This document shows positions 1 through 8,446 of a stretch of 49,724 nucleotides of DNA, piece after piece. Numbering within the stretch: position 1 is the stretch's first letter; each line of letters opens with the position of its first letter. The stretch is from Candidatus Eiseniibacteriota bacterium (GTDB taxonomy: Bacteria; Arandabacterota; Arandabacteria; Arandabacterales; Arandabacteraceae), in the NCBI GenBank assembly GCA_043810925.1, contig JBDRNT010000008.1, positions 1 through 49,724 on the forward strand. The letters run 5' to 3'. The position numbers were made by a program, and so were the translations under genes. The notes under the pieces were generated by a model. It ran no database searches. It was not told the DNA's origin and saw only the letters and a program-made list of their open reading frames with translations.

Positions 1-537
1 GGTCTCAAGTTTATGATAAGCACTGAGCACGCAATCGCCAACCGTCATCACGCCGTGGTTCCTTAAGAGCATCGCATCCGATCTCGTCACCACACTTTCA
101 ATCGATCTTGGTACCTCTTCGGTTGAGGGCGTCCCATAGTCGGCCAGAGGGACAGACCCGAGCGAGACTATGACCTCGGGCAGCACGCATTCCACAAGCG
201 GGATCCCGGCAACCGCAAACGCCGTGGCGTAAGGCGGATGTGCGTGGACGACCGCACCTATGTCGTCACGGAGCTGGTAGGCCCTGATATGCATCATGAT
301 CTCTGAAGTGGGCTTTCGCTTGCCGCTTACTCTCTCACCGTTCATGTCGGTGACCACAAGATCGCTTCTCGACATGAAACCCTTGCTCATTCCAGTGGGA
401 GTAACCACCAGCCGGTCGTCGGATATCCTTACACTGAGGTTGCCGTCGTTGGCGGCAACATAACGGCGCTCGTACATCCGCCGGGCGGCATGCAGTATGC
501 CCTCACCTGCTTCCTCCACCGAAAGCATCCGCCTCAT
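1..537 (-). CDS. Class II aldolase/adducin family protein (fuculose-1-phosphate aldolase-like), 3' end outside the window
   Basis: Not in the ORF track; translated by hand from ATG at 537, which overlaps the eutN stop (ATGA): MRRMLSVEEAGEGILHAARRMYERRYVAANDGNLSVR...TPTGMSKG...KPTSEIMMH...VVHAHPPYATAF...LLRNHG. GNxS, TP(T/S)G, SE, HxH and NHG are the class II aldolase Zn-binding motifs. Confidence 0.92.
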   Translation of the reverse strand, partial: MRRMLSVEEAGEGILHAARRMYERRYVAANDGNLSVRISDDRLVVTPTGMSKGFMSRSDLVVTDMNGERVSGKRKPTSEIMMHIRAYQLRDDIGAVVHAHPPYATAFAVAGIPLVECVLPEVIVSLGSVPLADYGTPSTEEVPRSIESVVTRSDAMLLRNHGVMTVGDCVLSAYHKLET

Positions 538-818
538 CCGCCCACTCCCCAGGTTATGTCTATCCTGTCCACGATCCCTAGAATCAGCGTCCTTATGGTC
601 GGATACTCCTGGCTGAGGACCTGTCTGGCCGCCGTCCCCTGGTCGACTATAAGAACGACGTCGCCTTTCCCGGCGTCGACCATGTCGATTGCGATCAGGG
701 GTTCTCCCGCGTCCGTGCCGTCGGGATCGAGCGGCTGGATGATCAGTAACTTGTGTGAGTGAAGCGTCTCATACTTGACGGACGAGACGACATCACCTAT
801 CACTTTGGCAATGTACAT
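534..818 (-). CDS. eutN: BMC vertex pentamer (BMC-P, EutN/CcmL family)
   Basis: MYIAKVIGDVVSSVK...IAIDMVDAGKGDVVL...ILGIVD matches the EutN/CcmL pattern. Confidence 0.93.
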   Translation of the reverse strand: MYIAKVIGDVVSSVKYETLHSHKLLIIQPLDPDGTDAGEPLIAIDMVDAGKGDVVLIVDQGTAARQVLSQEYPTIRTLILGIVDRIDITWGVGG

Positions 819-821
819 GGT

Positions 822-1085
822 TTAGAGATCAACCTTGTCGACGATTCCCATTATGGCGGCGTCGGCAGGATTGAACTTATCCTCCAGCGTGTGCGCGGCT
901 TCCCTGCCGCGAACATAGTAGACAATATCACCCGTTCCCGCCCCGACGGTATCGATCGCAACCACCGGACGGCCCGTCGGCACACCCTCGGGGCTCAGCG
1001 CCTGTACAACCATCAACTTCGAGCCCTCGAGTTGCTCCACCTTCCTGGTGGCCACTACCGTACCTATGACTCTGGCTATATGCAT
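822..1085 (-). CDS. eutN: BMC vertex pentamer (BMC-P, EutN/CcmL family)
   Basis: MHIARVIGTVVATRKVEQLEGSKL...VAIDTVGAGTGD...DAAIMGIVD. Confidence 0.95.
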   Translation of the reverse strand: MHIARVIGTVVATRKVEQLEGSKLMVVQALSPEGVPTGRPVVAIDTVGAGTGDIVYYVRGREAAHTLEDKFNPADAAIMGIVDKVDL

Positions 1086-1088
1086 GGC

Positions 1089-1646
1089 TTACCTCATCTT
1101 ACCTTTAAGGTCGTCGTGTGGTCGAGGGATAACGACCGATGTGACCAGCATACCGCTTTCCTTTATAAGCGCCACACCTGCATCGACGGCCGCCCTTACA
1201 TCGCTCACATCACCCGTCATTGTGACGAACGACTTGCCCGCAAGACCCTGCGCAAGCCTGAGGTCTATGAGCTGGACCTTCGCGGCCTTGGCGGCTCCAT
1301 CGCCGGCGATGACGGAGGCGGCAACTGAGAAGGTCTCAATCACACCGAGGGCCTTCAGGACGTCCACTTCGGCCGTACCCATGATTGCCGGGAAGACCTG
1401 CGGATGGACGCGCGGGATGAACAGCCGGTCGACCACCCACTGGGCTCCGACCTCGGCACCCCGCTTGACCGATGAATCAACCGCCGACACCTCACCACCG
1501 ACAAGCGAGATATACTTGCCCGGACAGATGGTCATCGCAGCTATCAGAATAACGGGCGCAACCTTGACCATCTCATCACAGGTTGTAATACCCATCGCGA
1601 TGCTATTAAGCTCCACAAGCCCTATGGCTTCAATGTTCTCATTCAT
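1089..1646 (-). CDS. pduT: Tandem-domain BMC shell protein (BMC-T, PduT-like, probable Fe-S at the pore)
   Basis: Two BMC domains (AIGLVELNSIA...IPRVHP; ALGVIETFSVA...IPRPH) and the PduT-type TICPGKY cysteine motif; follows a PduS-like gene. Confidence 0.88.
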   Translation of the reverse strand: MNENIEAIGLVELNSIAMGITTCDEMVKVAPVILIAAMTICPGKYISLVGGEVSAVDSSVKRGAEVGAQWVVDRLFIPRVHPQVFPAIMGTAEVDVLKALGVIETFSVAASVIAGDGAAKAAKVQLIDLRLAQGLAGKSFVTMTGDVSDVRAAVDAGVALIKESGMLVTSVVIPRPHDDLKGKMR

Positions 1647-2983
1647 TTCTTTTCAACCACTATGCTTTGATTGACGCTCACCACGACGCCGTCGATGCTT
1701 GCGTGGACTCTTGCGCCGATCTCACCTTCCTTCACATCACCGATCAACTGGCCCCGCCTTACCCGCTCCCCGACCGCCACAACCGGCCTGGCCGGTACGC
1801 CGAAATGCTGGGCCATCGGTATAGTAACACGTTCTGCCTCCACGGCACCCATGAACTTAAGCTCGCGTTCATAGGGCGCAAGCCCGGTTCGCTCCACAAT
1901 CCTCTGGTGGGGAATGAGTCTATGCGGTCTTACGGGTTCGACCCGTGTCGAGGCCGCTCGCTCCGCGGTGACTTTCCGGCCGGCCATCTCGGCCCGGACG
2001 ATGTAGCTTATCCTGTCCGGGGAGAGCAGCATCGGACAGACATACACCCCGCAGAGCCCGCAACCCGAGCAGAAAAGCGCGCCGCCCAGGTCCGGCACGA
2101 ACGATCTATCCCAGCATATGGCCCGCATCACCTTGTGCGGACTTATTGCATGACCCATGAGATGTCTCGGGCAGAGCTCGGTACACAGCGTACACTGACA
2201 ACACACCGAGGCGGCTCGTCTTACGATGGTCTCGATGGGCATTGATTTACGTATGATCACCTGATTATCACTTGGAAGAACCACCACAGCTCCCATGCGC
2301 TTGTCGAGCGGGCGCTTAAGATCTGTGCAGAACTCGCCCATCATCACACCGGATAAGAGAATGCCCTTCCGGTCAAGGCCGGAGTCATTACCAGTAATAC
2401 GCAGGAGATCTCCGACCGTTACGCCAATGGGTACCTCGACGATGCACGGATTCTGAGTATCCCCGCACACCGACACTACCCGGGTCGTAACCGGCTCACC
2501 GGCGAGCGCGCGTCTGACGTTGACAAGCGTGTTGACGTTGGATACGACGACTCCCACATCGGGCGGTATGCCTCCCTGCGGGATTGCCCTCCCGGTTATC
2601 TCATAGACCAGTATGTGCTCATCACCCGCCGGGTAGGTATTGACCACGGTGGTCACCTCAACGCCCGCAATCCCCCGCGCCTTCTTCTCAAGAGTTTCCT
2701 GCGCTTCCGGCATGCCTTCTCTCAAGGCGACGTAGCCCTTGCCCGCACCGGTGGCAAGCATCATTATGAGGAGCCCATCCAGGACCTCGTCGGCACAGGC
2801 ACCGAGGACATGGCGATCGGATTGGATAAGAGGTTCGCACTCGCAGCCGTTTGCTATCACGATGTCGGCACGTGCCCCCGCCTTCACGTGTGTGGGAAAC
2901 CCCGCACCCCCGGCGCCGACCACACCGGCATCGAAGATTTTATTTACTACCTCATCCTTGGAATACGGGAAATCTCTTGCCAA
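1643..2983 (-). CDS. pduS: PduS-like flavin/4Fe-4S oxidoreductase (RnfC/Nqo1-like, SLBB domain)
   Basis: GVVGAGGAGFPTHVK, NGCECEP, YPAGDE, two ferredoxin-like motifs (CCQCTLCTELCP; CSGCGLCGVYVCP) and a C-terminal QHFGVPA...HASIDG barrel-sandwich domain. Confidence 0.88.
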   Translation of the reverse strand: MARDFPYSKDEVVNKIFDAGVVGAGGAGFPTHVKAGARADIVIANGCECEPLIQSDRHVLGACADEVLDGLLIMMLATGAGKGYVALREGMPEAQETLEKKARGIAGVEVTTVVNTYPAGDEHILVYEITGRAIPQGGIPPDVGVVVSNVNTLVNVRRALAGEPVTTRVVSVCGDTQNPCIVEVPIGVTVGDLLRITGNDSGLDRKGILLSGVMMGEFCTDLKRPLDKRMGAVVVLPSDNQVIIRKSMPIETIVRRAASVCCQCTLCTELCPRHLMGHAISPHKVMRAICWDRSFVPDLGGALFCSGCGLCGVYVCPMLLSPDRISYIVRAEMAGRKVTAERAASTRVEPVRPHRLIPHQRIVERTGLAPYERELKFMGAVEAERVTIPMAQHFGVPARPVVAVGERVRRGQLIGDVKEGEIGARVHASIDGVVVSVNQSIVVEKK

Positions 2984-2994
2984 TCGAAGTGACC

Positions 2995-4416
2995 TCAGGT
3001 GATCCGGAAATAATCAACAAGCACGCATCTTCTCATACGTGTGAAAGTGCGTGCAGAGGTAAGCCCCTCGCCAGTGGGGCTTGCGATGGTAAAGCTCGTG
3101 AAGCCTTCACCGCCGAATCCAAGCCCTGCGTATGAGGGCCCGTTTTTAACAAATATGGTTGTGCCGATGAACCTTGCCATCTTGGAGAGCTTGGTTATAT
3201 CGGTAGAGTGCATGAGCGCGGTATGACCGAATCCGTGCTCGACCTCTTTGGCCAGCTTGATGCCCTCGTCTGCGTCGCGCACACGTGCAATCGGAAGGAC
3301 CGGCATCAGAAGCTCCGTCCACATAAACGGGTGCGATACCGGGACCTCACATATGATGAGCCGCGCACCGGACTCACTCCTCACACCGATTTCGGACAGG
3401 AGAACGCCCGCATCCTTCCCGACGTACTCCCGCTTTGTCACCGCATGCCTTGAGGGCCCCTTGTCTTCCTTTATGACGAGATTCTTAAGCTTCTCAAGAT
3501 CCCCGCCCTTAAGTTCTACCGCACCATGGTCGAGCATCTTCCTCTTAAGCTCGTCCGTGATACCGTCGGCGGCAAGCACCTCCTTCTCACAGATGCAGAT
3601 TATGTTATTGTCAAGTGAAGCACCGTCGACGATGTGCCGCGCCGCGCTCTTAAGCTCGGCCGTATCATCCACCACGACCGGTGGATTGCCGGGCCCCGCC
3701 GCAATAACTTTCTTGCCCGACTTCATAGCTTCCCTAACGACCGCACCCCCACCGGTCACGACGACCAGCCGCACTTTCTCATGCTTCATGGAGGCCTGCG
3801 CAGTCTCTATTGTGGGCTCTTCAACGCACGTCAGTACGTTCGGAGGTCCCCCTTGCGCGACTATCGCCGAATTCAAGAGCTCGATCGTCCGTAAGGTGGT
3901 GCGCCTTGCACCGGGATGAGGATTGAAAACGACCGAGTTGCCCCCCGCAACCATGCCTATAGCGTTGTTGATCACAGTCTCAGACGGATTGGTGGACGGT
4001 GTGATTGAGGTTATAAGCCCGTAAGGTGCCCGCTCTATCACGGTGAGTCCATGGTCACCCGAGACGGCGTCAGGTGCGAGGTCCTCGATTCCGGGAGTCC
4101 CGGTAGCCGCCAGCAGGTTCTTCTTCACCTTGTCTTCATACCTGCCAAGCCCGGTCTCATCTACAGCCAGTCTGGACAGCTCCTCGGCATGTTCAATCGA
4201 GATCCGGCGCATGGCACCGATGATCTTCTTGCGGGTCTCAAGTGGGACATCGATCAGATCCAGGTGGGCTTTCTCCGCCGCACTCAGCGCATCGGCAATC
4301 GTACCGAACGCTCCGCCACCCCTGGACGCCGCCTGCGGCGCCTTGTTTACACCCTCCGACTCAAGCTTTCGCAGCACCTCCTTGACTATTGCACCTATGG
4401 TTCTGTCATCCAGCAT
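2995..4416 (-). CDS. eutE: CoA-acylating aldehyde dehydrogenase (EutE/PduP family) with N-terminal encapsulation peptide
   Basis: ITPSTNPSET, TGGGAVV, GPGNPPVVVD, catalytic IICICEKE, GEGFTSFTIASPTGEG. Start moved to ATG 4416; MLDDRTIGAIVKEVLRKLE is an amphipathic encapsulation-peptide-like helix. Confidence 0.95.
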   Translation of the reverse strand: MLDDRTIGAIVKEVLRKLESEGVNKAPQAASRGGGAFGTIADALSAAEKAHLDLIDVPLETRKKIIGAMRRISIEHAEELSRLAVDETGLGRYEDKVKKNLLAATGTPGIEDLAPDAVSGDHGLTVIERAPYGLITSITPSTNPSETVINNAIGMVAGGNSVVFNPHPGARRTTLRTIELLNSAIVAQGGPPNVLTCVEEPTIETAQASMKHEKVRLVVVTGGGAVVREAMKSGKKVIAAGPGNPPVVVDDTAELKSAARHIVDGASLDNNIICICEKEVLAADGITDELKRKMLDHGAVELKGGDLEKLKNLVIKEDKGPSRHAVTKREYVGKDAGVLLSEIGVRSESGARLIICEVPVSHPFMWTELLMPVLPIARVRDADEGIKLAKEVEHGFGHTALMHSTDITKLSKMARFIGTTIFVKNGPSYAGLGFGGEGFTSFTIASPTGEGLTSARTFTRMRRCVLVDYFRIT

Positions 4417-4702
4417 ATTTCTCGTAGACCGGTTTGCCCTGAATCTCAATGGTATCGACGATGCCCATGATCACGGCATCCACAGGGCAATCTTTGGTCT
4501 TCGCAGTAAGGCGCGCCGAACTGCCCTGCGCGCACAAGACCGTCTCACCGTCACCTGCGCCGACCGCATCAACTGCAATCAGGAACTGACCGGTCGGCTT
4601 GAGATCCACATCTATGATCTTGACTATCAGGAGCTTAAGCCCGGACAGCCTCTCTTCCTTCCTTGTAGCCACAATTGTGCCGATTACCTCACCTACTATC
4701 AC
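4406..4702 (-). CDS. eutN: BMC vertex pentamer (BMC-P, EutN/CcmL family)
   Basis: MIVGEVIGTIVATRKEERLSGLKLL...AVDAVGAGDGE...GSSAR...PVDAVIMGIVD. Confidence 0.95.
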   Translation of the reverse strand: MIVGEVIGTIVATRKEERLSGLKLLIVKIIDVDLKPTGQFLIAVDAVGAGDGETVLCAQGSSARLTAKTKDCPVDAVIMGIVDTIEIQGKPVYEKYAG

Positions 4703-4727
4703 TTGCTTCCTCCGACCCGGCTTTGCT

Positions 4728-5054
4728 CTACTTCCTGGCCTTCTGCATTTTTCCTATCGGAAGAACATCCTCGAGATTAGGATGGGGCCTCGGGATCACG
4801 TGCACGGATACAAGTTCACCCACCTTGCTGGCAGCCGCGCTGCCGGCCTCGGTCGCCGCCTTGACCGCCGCGACATCGCCCCTGATAATCGCCGTATTGT
4901 AACCGCCGCCTATCTTCTCGTATGAAACAAGTTGTACCTTGGCCGCTTTGACCATGGCATCACAGGCCTCAACCATGGCCACGAAACCTCTTGTTTCAAT
5001 CAGCCCCAAAGCCTCTCTGTAAATCCCGTCGACGGATTCAGCCAATTTGTTCAA
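4728..5054 (-). CDS. BMC hexamer shell protein (BMC-H, EutM/PduA-like)
   Basis: [27 protein letters not shown]...KIGGGY...[10 protein letters not shown]...HVIPRPH. Confidence 0.96.
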   Translation of the reverse strand: MNKLAESVDGIYREALGLIETRGFVAMVEACDAMVKAAKVQLVSYEKIGGGYNTAIIRGDVAAVKAATEAGSAAASKVGELVSVHVIPRPHPNLEDVLPIGKMQKARK

Positions 5055-5091
5055 CCCCCTTCTACGGTATACTTCTCTTTATAAGCATGAC

Positions 5092-5361
5092 CTATTTCAG
5101 CACTATATCTTCAAGGGACTCATCGGGTCTGGGTATCACGTGCGCGCTCACAAGTTCACCGACCTTCGCTGCGGCCCGCGCACCGGCCTCAACTGCAGCC
5201 TGAACCGCCCCGACATCCCCCCGTACGAACACCGTGACCATGCCTCCGCCGGTCTTCTCATACCTTGTGAGCACAACATTGGCGGCTTTGACCATCGCGT
5301 CCGCCGCCTCGACCACCGCCACAAATCCTCTGGTCTCGATCTTGCCAAGTGCATCCGGCAA
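5092..5361 (-). CDS. BMC hexamer shell protein (BMC-H, EutM/PduA-like)
   Basis: [27 protein letters not shown]...KTGGGM...RGDVGAV...HVIPRP; AGGAGG SD upstream. Confidence 0.96.
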   Translation of the reverse strand: MPDALGKIETRGFVAVVEAADAMVKAANVVLTRYEKTGGGMVTVFVRGDVGAVQAAVEAGARAAAKVGELVSAHVIPRPDESLEDIVLK

Positions 5362-5383
5362 GCCAAATCACCTCCTCATACTC

Positions 5384-6043
5384 TCAGGGCATCACTTCCA
5401 CGAAAGAGCCCGTGTCGAGCCCAGCAGCGCTAGCATCATCAGTATCCAGGTGAAAGTCAAGGACAAAACTGTCGCTCACCCGGACAAGCACGTTTTCGAA
5501 GATCACCGAGGCCGGGCCGGTCGATCTCGCCCGCACAATCTGGCCGTCGCTGAGTCTGAACCTCACGGCATCAGATTCACTCATATGGATGTGGCGGGTC
5601 GCGCGGATCGCACCCTCCTTTAAGACAACAGTCCCTCTGGGACCAACAAGGGTTATGCCGGGGGTACCGGCAATGTCACACGTCCTTCTCACAGGCAGGT
5701 CAAGCCCCAGCTTAAGCCCGTCGCTTCGCGAAAGTTCGGCCTGGGTGAACGGTCTTACCGGCCCGAGAATCCGCACGCGCTCGATCGCCCTGCCACCCGG
5801 ACCCACAATGGTGACCGTCTCATTCGCCGCAAACTCACCCGGCTGGCTGAGGTCCCTCAAAACCGAGAGCTCATGTCCTTTGCCGAAGAGGCTTTCCAGG
5901 ACTTCTCGCGTAAGATGGATGTGCCTTCCGGACACGCCGATCGGCACTATGATCCTGTTTCTGAAATCGGTGGGGATGATACGTTCCCTGACACGCCGCG
6001 CCACCTCGTCACTCAACCTGGCGATATCGAGATGCTCTATCAA
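5384..6043 (-). CDS. pduL: Phosphotransacylase PduL with N-terminal encapsulation peptide
   Basis: VSGRHIHL, LSQPGEFA, RILGPVR, RHIHMS and DFHLDTDDASA motifs. Start placed at TTG 6043 behind AGAGGG (the track uses 6097); the N-terminus DIARLSDEVARRVRER is encapsulation-peptide-like. Confidence 0.93.
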   Translation of the reverse strand: MIEHLDIARLSDEVARRVRERIIPTDFRNRIIVPIGVSGRHIHLTREVLESLFGKGHELSVLRDLSQPGEFAANETVTIVGPGGRAIERVRILGPVRPFTQAELSRSDGLKLGLDLPVRRTCDIAGTPGITLVGPRGTVVLKEGAIRATRHIHMSESDAVRFRLSDGQIVRARSTGPASVIFENVLVRVSDSFVLDFHLDTDDASAAGLDTGSFVEVMP

Positions 6044-6107
6044 CCTCAACCCTCTTCCGGCCCCCGTGGCGGCACTATGCGGCTTGATTGCCTTCAAACG
6101 TGCGATG

Positions 6108-6137
6108 AGGTTATCAGAACAAAAGGCGGGGTGTCAA
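6108..6137 (-). promoter_or_regulatory. sigma-70-type promoter of the BMC operon
   Basis: Minus strand TTGACA (6137-6132), 18-nt spacer ending in TGn, then TAACCT (6113-6108). Confidence 0.6.
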
Positions 6138-6139
6138 TT

Positions 6140-6170
6140 GAAATGGGGTCAGGCTTGCATTCCTGGAATT
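6140..6170. repeat. GGGGTCAGG-type REP-like repeat remnant
   Basis: AAATGGGGTCAGGCTTGCATTCCTGGAATT; a related GGGATCAGGTCTTGAAATT occurs at ~10444-10462. Confidence 0.4.
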
Positions 6171-6181
6171 CCGTGTGGGCT

Positions 6182-6332
6182 AAAGAAACCAAAAGGAGTT
6201 CCCCACTGCAATGCCGCGCGCAAGGTATTCGTGAAACTCGAGGTTAAGTTTTTCCCAGGAGATCAGCCCACGACCTGGCAGATCACGTGCATAGCAGGGA
6301 ACTCCGTTTGATTCTCTCTATTCAGTTGTACT
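6182..6332 (-). ncRNA. Putative sigma-54-dependent structured small RNA (or short-ORF mRNA)
   Basis: Long imperfect closing stem (GGAGTTCCC 6195-6203 with GGGAACTCC 6297-6305, extended on both sides, with G-U pairs that favour the minus strand), inner CCAGG/CCTGG hairpin and U-rich 3' end. Starts ~12 nt after a sigma-54 motif. Confidence 0.5.
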
Positions 6333-6342
6333 TCGAGTAAAT

Positions 6343-6358
6343 TGCAACCGGCATGCCA
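6343..6358 (-). promoter_or_regulatory. sigma-54 (RpoN) -24/-12 promoter
   Basis: Minus strand TGGCATGCCGGTTGCA has exact GG-N10-GC spacing and closely matches the TGGCAC-N5-TTGCW consensus. An IHF-like TGCAACGAATTG lies upstream at ~6431-6442. Confidence 0.7.
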
Positions 6359-6546
6359 CGAATCCGTGAGATCATGGAAAAGTCAAAAAGCGGTCCCGGA
6401 GTCGACGCCCGTCAATCTAACAGTCTTAGTTGCAACGAATTGGAGCAGCACTCTTACGGAAGGTTTTTGGGGATCGGGATGTTCGGCGGAGGTGCAAAAC
6501 CGGTCCGGGGACTCCCGGTTGGGTCAAAGCTCCCAATCGCTCGGGT

Positions 6547-8400
6547 CTATTTCCTCAATTTGGCCGTGGGAAAGCCCATGCTGGAGTAGAATTCCTCTTT
6601 GAATTCGGGCCTCGAGAAGAGCTCCACATGCTCGGTTTCCTCAACAGCCCTCTCAGCCTCCTCGCGGGCATCACACGAGGTCAGAAATATCTTTGCCCCT
6701 TCTATCGCCGAGTTGCCGATTACCTTTATGTCGCCCTCAAGGTCCCGAGGAAGAAGCCCCAACCGCCTGATGCTCGATGCCCTCAGGGAAGAACCGAACC
6801 CACCGGCAATCAGAACCGTCTTGACATCCTCAAGATCTATCCCGGCAACCGACGAGAGCACCGTTGCCCCGGCACAGATGGCGGCCTTGCCCAGCTGGAC
6901 CTCCCTTATGTCCCCCTGCCTGAGTCTGATGAGAGGTCTGCTTGAGAACGTGAACTCCCGGCCGCGCTTGCCCTGAACCACTCTCTTTGCCAACCACTTG
7001 TGCTTGATCTCGCCGCGGGTTTTTATTCGCCCGTTCGGTTCGATCACGCCCTTGCGAAGCAGCTCGGCGATCGCGGCGATCAATCCCGAACCGCACAGGC
7101 CTATCGGCCTTGAATTGCCTATGGTCTTAAGCTCGATCTTGTCTTTTGTGATCTTGACATCCTCGACGGCACCGCCGATTGCCCTCACCCCACAGCTTAT
7201 GCGTTCGCCTTCAAAGGCCGGTCCCGCAGCCGTGGAACATGCGGCCATCTTCCCCCCGGCCGCAATCACGATCTCGCCGTTGGTTCCAAGGTCGATCGCC
7301 ATAACCGACGACTTGGTCCTATGGAGCGCCTGGGAGATTATCAACGCCACAAGATCGCCTCCCACGAAACCCCCGATCGGAGGAGGCATAAGCAACCTGC
7401 AGGTGTGATGAGCGCCGATACCGCTCCGGGACGCCATTGTCTCCACCGATGAGGTGAGTCTCGCACGGTAGGGCGCCCGCCCCAGGTCGGCCAGGGACAC
7501 ACCGACCAGGATGTGTTGCATCGCCGTATTGCCGACGACGCTGCATACATAGATCCTCTTTCGTGGAACCCCGAGCTTGCGCGCAAGCTCGCCGGCCAAT
7601 CCGTTTATCAGGTTTACGACCTCGCTGCGAAGCATCTCAAGTCCACCGGATGTCTTCGAAAACCTGATCCTCGATATCACGTCATCCCCATGCATCACCT
7701 GCGGGTTTACCGTCGAGGTGATCCCGAGCTGCCGGCCGGAATTGAGATCGACAAGCGAACAAACCACGGTGTTGGTTCCCAGATCGACAGCCAGCCCGTA
7801 GCATTCAGACGAGGTGTCACCTGCCTCGAACCCGACTATCTCTCCTTTTGCCGCGACGAGAGTGACATTGCGGTGAAGACCCAGTCTCCACTCGTGATCC
7901 ACTCTCAAGTCTTCATCCATAAGACCGGCATCCATCATGTTGATGGCTATGTCTTCGATGCCGATCCCATAGTCCTCGCGCAGGGTCTTCATTCTCCGCG
8001 GGTCCTGCTTGCCCAGGAAGACTTTGATGATACCGGGACAGAACCGGTAAATCCGTGATGTACGTCCTCGTGAGACGATCTTCTCGATCGACACCCTCGA
8101 GGTGGCCGGCACTGTGATCTCTGCATCACCCTCAAGGCGCGCAACGCACGCGAGCCGCGCATCCTTAATACCGCGAGGGAGTTTTGCTATCTCGGCATCA
8201 TCCGGTTCGGACACTTTGCCGCTGACTCTGACCACGCACTTCCCGCACCTGCCGTGGCCCCCACAGGGCATCGACACCGGTATCGAGGCGGCGAAAAGGG
8301 CCTCCTTTATGGTTGAGCCGGAGACCACCCAGACCTCCCTCGAGTCGGGCATTATGACGACCCGTACCGACTGCTTCTCCAGTCCTGCCACCCCCTCCAT
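6547..8400 (-). CDS. RACo/ASKHA-domain ATP-dependent reductive activator with N-terminal 2Fe-2S domain
   Basis: PCGGHGRCGKC...RLAC (2Fe-2S), DLGTNTV, NPQVMHGDDVISRI, GFVGGD, DLGTNGE, STAAGPAFEG, GLCGSG, LIAGGFGS. Confidence 0.92.
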   Translation of the reverse strand: MEGVAGLEKQSVRVVIMPDSREVWVVSGSTIKEALFAASIPVSMPCGGHGRCGKCVVRVSGKVSEPDDAEIAKLPRGIKDARLACVARLEGDAEITVPATSRVSIEKIVSRGRTSRIYRFCPGIIKVFLGKQDPRRMKTLREDYGIGIEDIAINMMDAGLMDEDLRVDHEWRLGLHRNVTLVAAKGEIVGFEAGDTSSECYGLAVDLGTNTVVCSLVDLNSGRQLGITSTVNPQVMHGDDVISRIRFSKTSGGLEMLRSEVVNLINGLAGELARKLGVPRKRIYVCSVVGNTAMQHILVGVSLADLGRAPYRARLTSSVETMASRSGIGAHHTCRLLMPPPIGGFVGGDLVALIISQALHRTKSSVMAIDLGTNGEIVIAAGGKMAACSTAAGPAFEGERISCGVRAIGGAVEDVKITKDKIELKTIGNSRPIGLCGSGLIAAIAELLRKGVIEPNGRIKTRGEIKHKWLAKRVVQGKRGREFTFSSRPLIRLRQGDIREVQLGKAAICAGATVLSSVAGIDLEDVKTVLIAGGFGSSLRASSIRRLGLLPRDLEGDIKVIGNSAIEGAKIFLTSCDAREEAERAVEETEHVELFSRPEFKEEFYSSMGFPTAKLRK

Positions 8401-8446
8401 GCTAAGTCAAACGGCTGTGACGGCTGTGGTCGATGCGACCATCCAT

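Noticed and set aside
6263-6265. UGA of the 9-codon ORF as selenocysteine
   Set aside because: The read-through product resembles no selenoprotein and there is no convincing SECIS.
6488-6540. GCAAAACC...CAAAGC segment resembling a c-di-GMP-I riboswitch
   Set aside because: Lacks the GNRA tetraloop and GGACGCAAAGC core, and has no downstream plus-strand gene.
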